A stretch of 64,000 nucleotides of DNA from Thermodesulfobacteriota bacterium (GCA_039714535.1 JBDLJC010000003.1:42178-106177), one strand, 5' to 3'. Positions 45,881 through 56,693 are shown, numbered from the stretch's first letter. The notes: generated from the letters alone by a model not told the origin. A program made the numbers and translations.

Positions 45881-46480
45881 TTATTTCATAACCGAGACTA
45901 CTTTGTGGCCGGCAACCTCCAGGGCCTTAACCACCGGCTCGATATCACCTTTGCCGAGCCGGAAATAATAGACCTTGCGCTTTGCAGACTGGTTTTCAGT
46001 GGCAACGCTAAATATTTCAATATCTTTTTCCGTAATAATCCGCGTAACATCCTCGACTCCACCATCCTTGTCGACGATAACGTCAAGCCGGGTGGATGAT
46101 TGCAAAAGGCCCAGCACTTCAATAAACCCTGAAACTATATCCGAAGAGGTAATCACTCCAACCAGTTTATCACCATCCATGACCGGTAAACCGCCTATCT
46201 TATAATCATGGATCAGGCGGGCCGCCTGATCGATGCTGGAATTAACCGCAATGGTATAAGGCTTGACGACCATAACATCATGGACAGTAATATCTTCCAC
46301 CATGGAAGGGAAAAAGTATTGGCGCAGATCCGTCTGGGTAATAAACCCTTCCAAGCGGTCACCATCGACGACCGGTAAATGACGAATGGAGTGCTTTTTC
46401 ATTAATTCAGCCGCCTCCTGAATCAACATGGTTCTGCCGATCGTCACAGGATCAGCTTTCATCCAGTTTTTGACTTTCAT
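45881..46480 (-). CDS. CBS-pair domain protein with C-terminal ACT-like domain
   Basis: Contains two CBS motifs (IRHLPVVDGDRLEGFITQTDL and IGGLPVMDGDKLVGVITSSDI) followed by a small alpha/beta domain. Confidence 0.8.
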   Translation of the reverse strand: MKVKNWMKADPVTIGRTMLIQEAAELMKKHSIRHLPVVDGDRLEGFITQTDLRQYFFPSMVEDITVHDVMVVKPYTIAVNSSIDQAARLIHDYKIGGLPVMDGDKLVGVITSSDIVSGFIEVLGLLQSSTRLDVIVDKDGGVEDVTRIITEKDIEIFSVATENQSAKRKVYYFRLGKGDIEPVVKALEVAGHKVVSVMK

Positions 46481-46915
46481 CTATATCATACCTGCGAAAA
46501 GATTTTTCTAATCCGACCAAGTCCTTATCAGGGCTTAAACTAGAACAAAAGACCTTTAATTTCAAGCCAGAAAGCATGGATATTTTTTAAGGGCCCAGCG
46601 GTTATTTTCGTGCTTTTTATCCTCCTCAAATGATCCTGGAATAAGGGACCTGACTTAGAACAGTTAAATTGCTTTTGCGTTACACTCTAATTGTTGGGTC
46701 ACTGGCCCGAATATTTCATGAGCAGTTTTGAGAATCCATCTAACTATTGGCTTTCAGGTCAATAAATTGATTTTAGATAGCATAAGATCCATGGGACCTA
46801 TAAAATTAACCACTCAAACACTATTTCACTTGTTGAATGATCTGTTTATAGATAAGATTCCAACCTTTCTTTTTTCAAATTCTTAAACAACTAAAAACGA
46901 CTTCGGATATCCGCC

Positions 46916-48025
46916 ATGGCAAAAGAACCAGACCAGTCTCTTACCCCTGTTAATAAACAGGCCCTGATAAAGATTCGCAATCGCATCGATGCGATAGACC
47001 AGCAATTACTATCCTTACTCAAGGATAGACTGGGCTGTGCCAAAGAAGTTGGCCGGATTAAGAGCAAAGATGATATGCCCAAATGGGACCCGAAACGGGA
47101 ACAGGAGATCTTTGCGAGTCTACATAAAACCAATGACGGAGTATTCCCCGAACAATCACTCGATTCCATCTTCCAGGAAATCATCACTACCTGCCGTCTC
47201 TCCCAAAAGAAGGTAGAAGTTGCCTATCTAGGCCCGGAAGCAACTTTCTCCAATCTGGCAGGCGTCGAACATTTCGGCCACAGCGCTGACTACCGACCCA
47301 TGGAAACCATTGAAGATGTTTTCATCGAAATCGAGAGAGATCGAGTCCATTACGGGATTGTGCCGGTGGAAAACTCTATCGAGGGCGCAGTTACCTCAAC
47401 CCTTGATTCTTTCATGAATTACAATGTTAAGATCTGCGGGGAGCTCAATCTCTGCATCAGCCACAATCTGGTCAGCCAGTCGGGCGACATAAACGCTATC
47501 AAAAAGGTGGTTTCCCATTCCCAGCCCGTGGCCCAGTGCCGCCAGTGGCTCAAAAAGAACCTGCCTGAGGTTAAAACCCAAACCGTCTTCAGCACTGCTC
47601 TGGCATCGATGATGGCCGCCGAGGATCCATCTCTGGCTGCCATCGCCAGTTCGATGGCCGCCAAAACCTACCACCTGCATACAGTGGTAAAAGGAATTGA
47701 AGACTATAGCGGCAACTCCACCCGTTTCCTGCTGATCGGTCAATCCTCACCAGGCCGCAGCGGCTGCGACAAGACCTCGCTATTGGTCGGCCTGATGGAT
47801 CGCCCCGGCGCCCTGCATAACTCCTTAAGCATCCTGGCCACCCACGGCATAAATCTGACCAGAATTGAATCGCGACCGTTAAAGGGTGAGGCGGGAAAAT
47901 ACCTGTTCTTCCTGGATATGGAAGGACACATGGAAGACGAAAACATCAAAGAAGGGTGCCACCAGCTCAAGCAGGTATGTTCATCCTACGTTTGGTTGGG
48001 CTCCTATCCCCGCGCCAAGACCTGA
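46916..48025 (+). CDS. pheA: Bifunctional chorismate mutase / prephenate dehydratase (P-protein)
   Basis: Has an N-terminal CM helix (LIKIRNRIDAIDQQLLSLLKDR), a PDT domain (VAYLGPEATFS...TRFL) and a C-terminal ACT domain (ESRP...YLFFLD). Confidence 0.9.
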   Translation: MAKEPDQSLTPVNKQALIKIRNRIDAIDQQLLSLLKDRLGCAKEVGRIKSKDDMPKWDPKREQEIFASLHKTNDGVFPEQSLDSIFQEIITTCRLSQKKVEVAYLGPEATFSNLAGVEHFGHSADYRPMETIEDVFIEIERDRVHYGIVPVENSIEGAVTSTLDSFMNYNVKICGELNLCISHNLVSQSGDINAIKKVVSHSQPVAQCRQWLKKNLPEVKTQTVFSTALASMMAAEDPSLAAIASSMAAKTYHLHTVVKGIEDYSGNSTRFLLIGQSSPGRSGCDKTSLLVGLMDRPGALHNSLSILATHGINLTRIESRPLKGEAGKYLFFLDMEGHMEDENIKEGCHQLKQVCSSYVWLGSYPRAKT

Positions 48026-48041
48026 GTGACAGGACCGGTCA

Positions 48042-49070
48042 TTAACCGCCAATTCTCGACATCCGGCCGTGGCAGTTATTAATTTCAGACTCGGACAGGT
48101 TGTGGCCTTTGGGCTTATGCTTGATGGTTTCGATTAATGCCGCTCGAATATCATCTTCGCTGCCACCACCCCGGATAATCGATTTAAGATCGGTTTCGTT
48201 GTCGGTCAGCAGACAGGAGCGCAATTGTCCTTCAGAGGTCAACCGCAAACGATTGCACTGGGAACAAAAATGATCACTGATGGGGCTGATAAAACCCACC
48301 GTCCCCAGAGCATCCGGCAATCGATAGGTTCTGGCCGGCCCATCCAACTTCCCAGAGCTTATTGGCGTCAATTCACCTAAATTCGCTATTTTCGCCATTA
48401 TCTCAGCAGAGGTGACGTAATAATCTTCATGCCAATTACTGTCGTTGCCCATCGGCATGAATTCGATGAATCTGACCTGCACCGGTTTAGTCATCGACAT
48501 CTTGGCAAAGTCGATAAATTCATCATCATTAATCCCGTTCATCGCCACAACATTGATCTTCACCGTGGAAAATCCCCGCTGCAGAGCCTGCTCAACCCCC
48601 TGCCAGACCTGGGCGAAGGCGTTAACACCGGTAATTTTCCGGAATCTCTCCGGCTTAAGGGTATCAAGGCTGATATTAAGTTTCCGGATTCCGGCATCAT
48701 AAAGTTCAGCCGCCTTTTCAGCCAACAGAACCCCATTGGTGGTGATCCGTACCTCTTCAATGCCCTCAATACCCATCAACTGCCGAATGAATCCGGTAAT
48801 ATCCCGCCGGACCAGGGGTTCACCACCGGTCAAACGCACCTTTCTAATGCCTAAAGCAGCCGCACCTTTTATGACCCGGAGCAACTCTTCGTAGCTCAAA
48901 AGTTCACCGACAGGGAGCTTATCGTCCAAGGGCCTCGGAGTACAGTAAAAGCAACGCAGATTACACTGGTCGGTCAGGGACACCCGTAAATAACTGACTG
49001 ACCGGGAAAACGCATCGACCAACTTACCCTGCCCCTCATTCACACCTACTAACTTGTCAAGAACGTTCAT
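48042..49070 (-). CDS. moaA: GTP 3',8-cyclase (molybdenum cofactor biosynthesis protein A)
   Basis: Has the radical-SAM motif CNLRCFYC, a C-terminal second-cluster region CSQCNRLRLTSEGQLRSCL, and a terminal GG. Confidence 0.92.
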   Translation of the reverse strand: MNVLDKLVGVNEGQGKLVDAFSRSVSYLRVSLTDQCNLRCFYCTPRPLDDKLPVGELLSYEELLRVIKGAAALGIRKVRLTGGEPLVRRDITGFIRQLMGIEGIEEVRITTNGVLLAEKAAELYDAGIRKLNISLDTLKPERFRKITGVNAFAQVWQGVEQALQRGFSTVKINVVAMNGINDDEFIDFAKMSMTKPVQVRFIEFMPMGNDSNWHEDYYVTSAEIMAKIANLGELTPISSGKLDGPARTYRLPDALGTVGFISPISDHFCSQCNRLRLTSEGQLRSCLLTDNETDLKSIIRGGGSEDDIRAALIETIKHKPKGHNLSESEINNCHGRMSRIGG

Positions 49071-49266
49071 TTATAAGTCCAGCACATGTTTTTCTAGATT
49101 ACCCAGAACATCACTGCTATTTTAAACTGGCAGTTCTTTGAAAATTGGGCTTTATAATAACGCGTATTAAATTGTTAGCCAAATTACTCGCTTTGTATTA
49201 AAGAAAAAGCCGTTTTAAAGCAAGCTCTTAAATGCCTTGCTAAAATTTTAAGGAATCACCAATATC

Positions 49267-50277
49267 ATGCTGATCCTCGGGATAGAAAGCTCCTGTGACG
49301 AAACTGCCGCCGCAGTGCTGGCCGATGGCAAAACTCTGCTGTCGAGTGTCATCAACTCACAGATCGATGTTCACGCTCTTTATGGCGGGGTCGTCCCGGA
49401 ATTGGCCTCCCGACAGCATATCCGCAATATATCATCCGTAGTCAATAATGCCCTGCAAGAGGCCAATGTCTCTCTGGAGCAGATCGATGGCTTGGCGGTC
49501 ACCGAAGGCCCGGGGTTGATCGGCTGCCTGCTGGTTGGCCATACCTATGCCAAAGCCATTTCGCTGGTCCAAAAGATCCCGATGGTCGGGGTGGATCATC
49601 TGTCCGGCCATCTTTTGTCAATTTTTCTTGGCGATACGGTCCCCGAATTTCCCTATATCGCCATGGTTGCCTCGGGCGGCCATTCGAGCATTTTTATGGC
49701 CGAGGGGCCGGAAAGCTTCAAACTTTTAGGACGAACCCGCGACGATGCCGCCGGCGAAGCCTTTGATAAGGTCGCAAAACTTCTCGGTCTTGATTACCCC
49801 GGCGGCCCGGTTATCAGCAGATTGGCCGAAACAGGAAATGGTAAGGCCATCGATTTTCCCAGGGCCTGGCTGGGCAAGGACAGCCTCGATTTCAGCTTTA
49901 GTGGCCTGAAGACGGCGGTGGCAAACTATGTTAATCGACATAAGAGCAAAAACATCGAGATAAATATCCCTGATGTCTGTGCATCTTTCCAGGAAGCTAT
50001 TGTTGAGGTTATTACAACCAAGACCTTCCTCGCCGCCAGACAGACCGGCTGTAAAAACATTGTCCTGGCCGGGGGAGTTGGTGCCAACCCACGCTTACGG
50101 GAGGCAATGACCCTGAGAGGCCAAAAGGACGACATGGCGGTCTTTTTGACTCCCCGCCAATTCTGCACTGACAATGCGGCGATGATTGCCCTGGCCGGCC
50201 AGTTTAAATTTAAAACCAACGCTGCCATATGTCCGGATTCGGATGTATATTCCAGATCAGCCTTGATTGTTTCATAA
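49267..50277 (+). CDS. tsaD: tRNA N6-adenosine threonylcarbamoyltransferase
   Basis: The sequence MLILGIESSCDETAAAV with the HLSGHL motif is canonical for the Kae1/TsaD family. Confidence 0.92.
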   Translation: MLILGIESSCDETAAAVLADGKTLLSSVINSQIDVHALYGGVVPELASRQHIRNISSVVNNALQEANVSLEQIDGLAVTEGPGLIGCLLVGHTYAKAISLVQKIPMVGVDHLSGHLLSIFLGDTVPEFPYIAMVASGGHSSIFMAEGPESFKLLGRTRDDAAGEAFDKVAKLLGLDYPGGPVISRLAETGNGKAIDFPRAWLGKDSLDFSFSGLKTAVANYVNRHKSKNIEINIPDVCASFQEAIVEVITTKTFLAARQTGCKNIVLAGGVGANPRLREAMTLRGQKDDMAVFLTPRQFCTDNAAMIALAGQFKFKTNAAICPDSDVYSRSALIVS

Positions 50278-50347
50278 AATTCACTGGTATAGCTAAACCG
50301 CTAAGCAAAAACTGCGAAAATTTCGATAAACCGGTAGAGAACCAATA

Positions 50348-50860
50348 ATGATCAAACCACACCGCACTGCGCGTTTTTATTTCCTCAAGTTCAAAAGACT
50401 TAGGGGCGACCCGGCTTCATTGGCCAGAGGTGTTGCTTTGGGTTTTTTTGTCGGTATCACCCCAACCATCCCACTGCACACGATATCGATTATTGTCCTC
50501 TCATTTCCATGCAGGGCCAGCAAGATCTCCGCCCTGCTGGCATCGGTCGTGATCAGTAATCCACTGACTATTTTCCCGACATATTATTTCTCCTGGCTGA
50601 TCGGTGACCGCTTTTTGCCAGGAATCCTGACCTGGGAAAAGATCGACTCGCTCATGGTACTTATAAATGAAGGCGCCGGCTTCACGGCCATAATTACGGA
50701 ACTAAGCAAGCTGGGAGTTAATGCCCTGACCGTTCTGCTGATCGGCGGCTGTGTCCTTGCCACTCCTTTTGCCATAGCCGGCTATTTTCTGTCCCTGAAT
50801 TTCTTCAAGGTTGTTGAAGAGAAAAGAGCTAAACGTAGGGCCTTACAAGAGAGCAAATGA
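50348..50860 (+). CDS. DUF2062-type membrane protein
   Basis: 170 aa. The sequence GDPASLARGVALGFFVGITPTIPLHT is followed by TM helices. The stop overlaps the rsmA start (ATGA). Confidence 0.65.
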   Translation: MIKPHRTARFYFLKFKRLRGDPASLARGVALGFFVGITPTIPLHTISIIVLSFPCRASKISALLASVVISNPLTIFPTYYFSWLIGDRFLPGILTWEKIDSLMVLINEGAGFTAIITELSKLGVNALTVLLIGGCVLATPFAIAGYFLSLNFFKVVEEKRAKRRALQESK

Positions 50861-51708
50861 CTAATTTAAGCGACATAAAGAACATCCTTAAAAGTGGCCA
50901 ACTGGCGCCCAGCAAGCAGCGCGGCCAGAACTTCCTGGTTAATCACCAAACGGCCGAGGCCATCGTCGCCAATGCTGGCGTCACCGGAGATGATACGATT
51001 GTCGAACTTGGTGTGGGACTGGGCTCCCTGACCCTGCCCTTGGCGGCTAAAGCCAAGCACGTAATCGGCATCGAAGTGGATAAGGGCATCATCACATGGC
51101 ATGAAGAGAAAAATATTCTCCCGGCCAATGTCACCTTGATTCATCAGGATCTACTCAAATCTGATTTCCGGGAATTAGCGAAACGGGCCGGGGGCCGGCT
51201 GAAGATTATTGCCAACCTGCCCTACTCTATTTCGAATCCTCTGATCTTCAAGCTCCTTGAAAATCGTGAGATCATGGAGTACGCGGTGCTGATGCTCCAA
51301 AAGGAAGTCGGCCAACGATTGCAGGCCAATCCGGGGAGTAAGACATACGGGGTTCTTTCGGTACTTCTTGGCGCCTATGCCGCAACAGAGATTATTATGA
51401 ATGTGGGACCGGGACAATTCCACCCCCGTCCCAAGGTCGACTCGGTGGTTACCAAAATCACCTTCAAGCCGACTCCAAACAGGGTTAAAGAGCTGCCGGC
51501 CCACGATTTCACCCTGCTCAAAAATTTGGTAAACGCCTCTTTCCAGCAACGGCGCAAGACCCTGTTCAACAGCCTTTCCTCATCCAATATCCCCGGCACC
51601 GCCAAGGCCAACCTGGCTGTTGTTCTGGAAAAGGCCGGTATCTCCCCAAAGATCCGCCCCGAAAGACTTTCTGTCGAGGATTTTGTCCGCCTGACTAATA
51701 CTATTTAG
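50857..51708 (+). CDS. rsmA: 16S rRNA (adenine1518/1519-N6)-dimethyltransferase
   Basis: Contains the KsgA family motifs QNFLVN, VELGVGLGSLT and IANLPYSIS. Confidence 0.92.
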   Translation: MTNLSDIKNILKSGQLAPSKQRGQNFLVNHQTAEAIVANAGVTGDDTIVELGVGLGSLTLPLAAKAKHVIGIEVDKGIITWHEEKNILPANVTLIHQDLLKSDFRELAKRAGGRLKIIANLPYSISNPLIFKLLENREIMEYAVLMLQKEVGQRLQANPGSKTYGVLSVLLGAYAATEIIMNVGPGQFHPRPKVDSVVTKITFKPTPNRVKELPAHDFTLLKNLVNASFQQRRKTLFNSLSSSNIPGTAKANLAVVLEKAGISPKIRPERLSVEDFVRLTNTI

Positions 51709-51751
51709 CGCCACTGTTTGAAACAAAACCCTGGTTGAACAGAGAACTATA

Positions 51752-52276
51752 TCAAAAACAGAGACCACAGTCGGGACACTCCATGCCCCCGGAAAACTGA
51801 TGACCACAGGCAGGGCAGGTGTTGCCAGGCGCCAATGGATCAAAAACCGAGTCACCGGCGGCCGCCCCATCATGGGCCACCGAATCAATAACGGCAGTAC
51901 GCCGGATTTCAGCCTCTATAATTAGCACGGCGTCATGGGCCTCTTCCCGCCTAACTAACAGATCAAAAGTCCCCCCGCCGCAACATCCTTTGCCGCAAGA
52001 GCTCTCATCACCAGCCAAAACAGTGCAGATCCGCTCCCCACTCAATAACTCTTCATAGGCTCTCATTTCTGCCAGAGGTCCGCGCTTGACCGCCACCAGA
52101 TCATCGTCAGGGCTGAGTTCGCCGGAGCGGTCGGCCATTTTTTGCTGCTGCTTTTCCTTCCGGGCAATCATCTCACTGCCTGGCAACAAATCACATGCGC
52201 AGACAGGACATTTTTCAATATCTGCCCGGTACTCATCCTGACACTGGGGACAATAATTCAGATCCTGCTCAAACAT
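51752..52276 (-). CDS. Hypothetical protein with N- and C-terminal zinc-ribbon motifs
   Basis: Has CPQC...CPVC near the N-terminus and CPAC...CPDC at the C-terminus. The start is set at ATG 52276, preceded by GAAGGA. Confidence 0.5.
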   Translation of the reverse strand: MFEQDLNYCPQCQDEYRADIEKCPVCACDLLPGSEMIARKEKQQQKMADRSGELSPDDDLVAVKRGPLAEMRAYEELLSGERICTVLAGDESSCGKGCCGGGTFDLLVRREEAHDAVLIIEAEIRRTAVIDSVAHDGAAAGDSVFDPLAPGNTCPACGHQFSGGMECPDCGLCF

Positions 52277-52353
52277 TATTTTTCCTTCTTTGATGACAAA
52301 GTAAAAACCACCCAAGTGGCATAGCAATATCGATAATTTTGCGCCGCTATTTT

Positions 52354-53724
52354 TTACAGGATAAAACGGCTTAAGTCCTCGTCTTGAGAAATCTCAGATA
52401 GTTGCTCATTAACGTAGTCAGCCGTGACCAGAAACTTAAGATCTGTCATCTCCGGGGCCTTGAAGGAAAGGTCTTCAAGAACTCTTTCCAAAACGGTATG
52501 GAGCCGTCTGGCTCCGATATTCTCAGTACGCTCATTAACTTCGGCGGCAATCTCGGCAATTTTATGGATGGCCGGATCCTCAAAAACCAGCTCCACACCT
52601 TCGGTTTCCATCAGGGCAACATACTGTCTAATCAGAGCGTTTTGGGGCTCGGTGAGGATCCGGTAGAACTCATCCCTGCCCAGGGAGTGCAATTCAACCC
52701 TGATAGGGAAACGCCCCTGCAACTCTGGCACCAGATCAGAGGGCTTGGTCAGATGAAAAGCGCCACTGGCAATAAAAAGGATATGATCGGTCCGGACCAT
52801 GCCATGTTTGGTGGTAACCGTCGATCCCTCGACAATGGGCAAGAGATCGCGTTGCACCCCCTCCCGGGATACCTCACCACTCTGAGAGTTTCCTTGGCGG
52901 GATGCGATTTTATCAATCTCGTCAATGAAGATAATGCCGGATTGCTCAGTCCGGTTGATGGCCAGACTGGCCACCTTTTCCATATCGATAAGTTTGGCAG
53001 ACTCCTCGGTGGTCAACAAAAGCATCGCTTCACCAACCTTGATCTTGCGCAGCTCCTTCTTTTGCGGAAACATCTTGCCAACCATCTCCTTGACCCCCAT
53101 GCCCATATCATCCATGCCGGGACCTGAGAGAATTTCGATCATCGGCATCTGCTGGGATTGCTCGAAATCCATCTCCACCATGCGATCATCAAGTTTACCC
53201 TCCCTCAGCATCTGCCTGAATTTTTCCCTGGTGGTATCAAGGCGGTCAACAGCATCATCGTCTTCGGGGAAACCCGGGGTGGTGGCATAGGCTGGTTTAG
53301 CGGGTGGGACCAGAACATCAAGCAAACGCTCTTCGGCCATCTCGGCCGCCCTCGCCGTCACTTTTTCCCGCTCCTCATCTTTTACCATTTTAATCGCCAG
53401 ATCGGTCAGATCACGGATCATCGACTCAACATCACGACCGACATAGCCAACCTCGGTAAATTTAGAGGCCTCAACTTTCAGGAAAGGTGATTGGGCAAGA
53501 TTGGCCAACCGCCGGGCAATCTCGGTCTTTCCTACCCCGGTGGGACCGATCATTATTATATTCTTTGGCGCGATCTCATCGGATAATGGCGGCGGCACCT
53601 GCTGCCGACGCCAGCGATTCCGTAGGGCGACAGCGGTAAAACGTTTAGCGTCGTCCTGGCCTATTATGTATTTATCCAGTTCTGCGACTATCTCACGGGG
53701 GGTCAATGAAGCTTTAGATTCCAT
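52354..53724 (-). CDS. hslU: ATP-dependent protease ATPase subunit HslU
   Basis: Contains the Walker A motif [15 protein letters not shown]. The sequence [10 protein letters not shown] and the intermediate I-domain are typical of HslU. Confidence 0.95.
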   Translation of the reverse strand: MESKASLTPREIVAELDKYIIGQDDAKRFTAVALRNRWRRQQVPPPLSDEIAPKNIIMIGPTGVGKTEIARRLANLAQSPFLKVEASKFTEVGYVGRDVESMIRDLTDLAIKMVKDEEREKVTARAAEMAEERLLDVLVPPAKPAYATTPGFPEDDDAVDRLDTTREKFRQMLREGKLDDRMVEMDFEQSQQMPMIEILSGPGMDDMGMGVKEMVGKMFPQKKELRKIKVGEAMLLLTTEESAKLIDMEKVASLAINRTEQSGIIFIDEIDKIASRQGNSQSGEVSREGVQRDLLPIVEGSTVTTKHGMVRTDHILFIASGAFHLTKPSDLVPELQGRFPIRVELHSLGRDEFYRILTEPQNALIRQYVALMETEGVELVFEDPAIHKIAEIAAEVNERTENIGARRLHTVLERVLEDLSFKAPEMTDLKFLVTADYVNEQLSEISQDEDLSRFIL

Positions 53725-53770
53725 ATTTTTATCTGTCTGTATTAATTTTAGTAATGTTTAAAACAAGATA

Positions 53771-54313
53771 TTATTCACTTGCGGCCATTTTCTCGATAAC
53801 AATATTATCGTTGGTGTAGATGCAGACCGAGGCGGCGATCAGCATTGCTTCCCGGCAAACAGCTTCGGCGCCAAGCTTGCTGTGGGTTACCAGGGCCTTG
53901 GCCGCCGACTGGGCGTAGGGGCCGCCGGAACCAATGGCCAAAATACCGTCGTCCGGTTCAATCACATCACCGGACCCGCTAAGCAGCAACGAATGATCTT
54001 TATCGACCGCTATCAGCATGGCCTCGAGACGACGCAGCATCTTGTCCGTTCGCCAATCCTTGGCCAGCTCAACCGCCGCCCGCATAAGATTGCCATTATA
54101 GCGTTCCAGTTTCTGCTCAAGTTTATCGAAAAGGGTGAAGGCATCGGCAGTGGCGCCGGCAAAACCGGTAATAACCTTGCCGTCGTAAAGTCTTCTAACC
54201 TTGCGGGCCTGATGTTTCATGATCGTATTACCAAAGGAAACCTGGCCATCACCAGCCAAAGCCACCTCGCCATTGTGACGCACGGCAATTATTGTTGTCG
54301 ACCTGATTTCCAA
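53771..54313 (-). CDS. hslV: ATP-dependent protease subunit HslV
   Basis: The start is set at TTG 54313 (AGGAG lies 8 nt upstream), giving [15 protein letters not shown] with the catalytic Thr close to the N-terminus. The ORF-track start at 54376 would add 21 unconserved residues. Confidence 0.88.
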   Translation of the reverse strand: MEIRSTTIIAVRHNGEVALAGDGQVSFGNTIMKHQARKVRRLYDGKVITGFAGATADAFTLFDKLEQKLERYNGNLMRAAVELAKDWRTDKMLRRLEAMLIAVDKDHSLLLSGSGDVIEPDDGILAIGSGGPYAQSAAKALVTHSKLGAEAVCREAMLIAASVCIYTNDNIVIEKMAASE

Positions 54314-54396
54314 TTTTATATCTCCTGATCTTTTATTTTTTTCGCACCGTTCACGGGAAAACCGGTAACTCAACAAGGCTAGCTACTTCCCAACAT

Positions 54397-54427
54397 GTAA
54401 GCGACCGTAGGGAGATTTCCGGATGCA
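54397..54427 (+). repeat. Dispersed intergenic motif copy, variant (GTAAGCGA-CCGTAGGG-AGATTTCCGGATG)
   Basis: Lies between xerC and hslV. It shares the GTAAGCG start and the TCCGGATG end with the copy at 63559. Confidence 0.4.
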
Positions 54428-54445
54428 GTGGTTATGAATGCTTAA

Positions 54446-55357
54446 CTATTTTTTTGCCATGGGATGGGCCTTATCATAAACTTCGGCCAGATAATCCATA
54501 TTCAGATGAGTGTACCTCTGGGTGGTCGACAAACTGGCATGGCCCAGCAACTCCTGGACCGTCCGCAGATCGGCCCCCATCTCCAGCAGATGCGTTGCAA
54601 AAGAATGGCGCAGGGCATGGGGGGTAACTTTATTAATTATCCCAGCCCGCAGAGCATAACCACTGACCAGTCGTTCGACGCTGCGAACCGTCAAGCGGCT
54701 GCCCCTGGTATTCAAAAAAACTGCGTTGTTTTCAGGTGCGTGGCCCCTCTTTATTCTTGCCAGCAGCAACTCCTCTCGCTGGGGAAGATAGGCCCGCAAG
54801 GTCTCCAGAGCCGGACCGCCAATCGGCACAATCCGTTCCTTACTACCCTTGCCAAGTACTCTAACTGATTCATTGGCAAAATCAAGCCGCTTGAGATCAA
54901 GGGACACAAGTTCGGCAACCCTTATCCCCGTTGAGTAAAGCAGCTCCAGAATCGCTTTATCCCTCGGTGCGAAAGTGTCATTGTCACCAGGAGTCTCCAG
55001 CAAGGCAAAGACCTCATCCACAGACAAAAAGGAAGGCATGTAATGATCCTGTTTGGGCATGGCAATGGGGAGGACAGGGTTTGCCGAAACAACCTTTTCC
55101 CGGAGCAGAAAGCGGAAAAAAGTACGGAGGGCCGATAACTTCCGGGCCACCGAGCTGCTCTTGTTCTTGTGGTTAAGGGAGTAAACAAAAGATCTGACCA
55201 TCGGCGTATCAATTGAACGGGGATCATCCGTATCGATAAAACCAGCAAACTCCAAAAGGTCGCGGTTATAACCCTCAACCGTGTTGCCGGAATAACCCTT
55301 CTCCACTTCAAGCCACCGGGCGAATTGGTCAAGGCATGTGACTAGGTTTTGCACCAA
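54446..55357 (-). CDS. xerC: Site-specific tyrosine recombinase XerC
   Basis: The catalytic residues sit in the motifs RVAELVSL, HALRHSFATHLL and LGHASLSTTQRYTHL. The xerC-hslV-hslU order is conserved. Confidence 0.85.
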   Translation of the reverse strand: MVQNLVTCLDQFARWLEVEKGYSGNTVEGYNRDLLEFAGFIDTDDPRSIDTPMVRSFVYSLNHKNKSSSVARKLSALRTFFRFLLREKVVSANPVLPIAMPKQDHYMPSFLSVDEVFALLETPGDNDTFAPRDKAILELLYSTGIRVAELVSLDLKRLDFANESVRVLGKGSKERIVPIGGPALETLRAYLPQREELLLARIKRGHAPENNAVFLNTRGSRLTVRSVERLVSGYALRAGIINKVTPHALRHSFATHLLEMGADLRTVQELLGHASLSTTQRYTHLNMDYLAEVYDKAHPMAKK

Positions 55358-55541
55358 ATTGATCCCTTGAATAATAAATTAGCACTGCAATAAAGAAACC
55401 GGCCAGAAATTCTGGCTAGTCAAAATAATCGAAAAATCTTATTTTTAAAAGACATTGCCCATAGACGGTTATTTTTTTATTATATGCAATTCTGAATATT
55501 TTGAGACACACCACTTTCCCCTCAAATTTAAGGTAAAGGCC

Positions 55542-55772
55542 ATGGCAAAAAAAAGTTTCGAGGACTCCTTGGCATCACTTGAAAATATAACGGCAGAACT
55601 TGAAAGCGGCGATCTCGGTCTTGAGGAATCTTTAAAGAGATTTGACGAGGGAGTAAAACTGGCCGAATTTTGTAACCGCAAACTGGATGAAGCCCAGCAA
55701 AAGGTCAATATTCTGCTCAAAAAAAATAACGTTCGAGAAGAAATTCCCTCTGCCAACGATGAACTAACCTAA
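55542..55772 (+). CDS. xseB: Exodeoxyribonuclease VII small subunit
   Basis: The sequence MAKKSFEDSLASLENITAELESGDLGLEESLKRFDEGVKL is canonical XseB. I use the internal ATG 55542 rather than the ORF-track start at 55455. Confidence 0.88.
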   Translation: MAKKSFEDSLASLENITAELESGDLGLEESLKRFDEGVKLAEFCNRKLDEAQQKVNILLKKNNVREEIPSANDELT

Positions 55773-55796
55773 TAACCCCTGACTATTGCCATTTTT

Positions 55797-56693
55797 ATGG
55801 ATCTGAAAATCTACCTTGATGAAAAGCGCCGACTGGTCGAGCAGACCATGGCCGATCTTGTGCCCATGGCCGACGACCTGCACCCTGACTTGGCCCGCCA
55901 TATTGAGTCAATGCGCTACAGTTTATTTGCCGGCGGCAAAAGAGTGCGACCGATTCTCGCGATTGCCTCCTGCGAAGCAGTGGGGGGTGAGGCCAAAGAT
56001 GTCTTACCAGCTGCCGTTGCCTTAGAATGCATTCATACCTATTCGCTGATCCACGACGACCTGCCGGCCATGGATGATGATGACCTGCGCCGGGGTAAAG
56101 CGACGAACCACGTCCTTTACGGTGAAGCGGGGGCGATCCTGGCCGGAGACGGCCTGCTGACCATGGCCTTTGCATTGCTCAGCAGCAACCTGCTGACCAC
56201 CATTTCACCTGATAATCGCCTTAGGATTATTAACATAATTGCCACCGGGGCCGGCCCGCTGGGAATGGTTGGCGGTCAAGCCCTGGATATCGCCTGCGAA
56301 GGAAGGGACATCGATATAGCCACCCTCCGGCAAATCCACCGCCGCAAAACAGGGGCTTTAATAACCGCGGCGGTACAGAGCGGCGGTGTGATTGGCGGCG
56401 CAGATGCCAAACAACTTACAGCCCTGACTACCTACGGCGAAAAGATCGGCCTCGCCTTTCAGATAGTCGACGACCTGCTCAATGTTGAAGGAACAACCGA
56501 GCAGCTCGGCAAAGCCGCAGGTTCTGATGCAGCTCGCTGTAAAGCAACCTATCCTGCCATTTTCGGTGTCGCAAAAACCAAAATGATGGCCGAAGAGACA
56601 ATTGCCGAGGCCCTGGAAGCACTGGATATCTTTGCTGAGCGAGGAGCACTTCTTCGGGAACTAGCAGCCTACATAATCAGTCGAAATAAATAA
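55797..56693 (+). CDS. ispA: (2E,6E)-farnesyl diphosphate synthase / polyprenyl synthetase
   Basis: Contains two Asp-rich motifs, LIHDDLPAMDDDDLRRG and FQIVDDLLN. The xseB-ispA-dxs order is conserved. Confidence 0.88.
   Translation: MDLKIYLDEKRRLVEQTMADLVPMADDLHPDLARHIESMRYSLFAGGKRVRPILAIASCEAVGGEAKDVLPAAVALECIHTYSLIHDDLPAMDDDDLRRGKATNHVLYGEAGAILAGDGLLTMAFALLSSNLLTTISPDNRLRIINIIATGAGPLGMVGGQALDIACEGRDIDIATLRQIHRRKTGALITAAVQSGGVIGGADAKQLTALTTYGEKIGLAFQIVDDLLNVEGTTEQLGKAAGSDAARCKATYPAIFGVAKTKMMAEETIAEALEALDIFAERGALLRELAAYIISRNK

Noticed and set aside
49071-49266. Checked for a Moco riboswitch upstream of moaA
   Set aside because: The leader is AT-rich and lacks the conserved GC-rich Moco-motif stems as I remember them, so no call is made.
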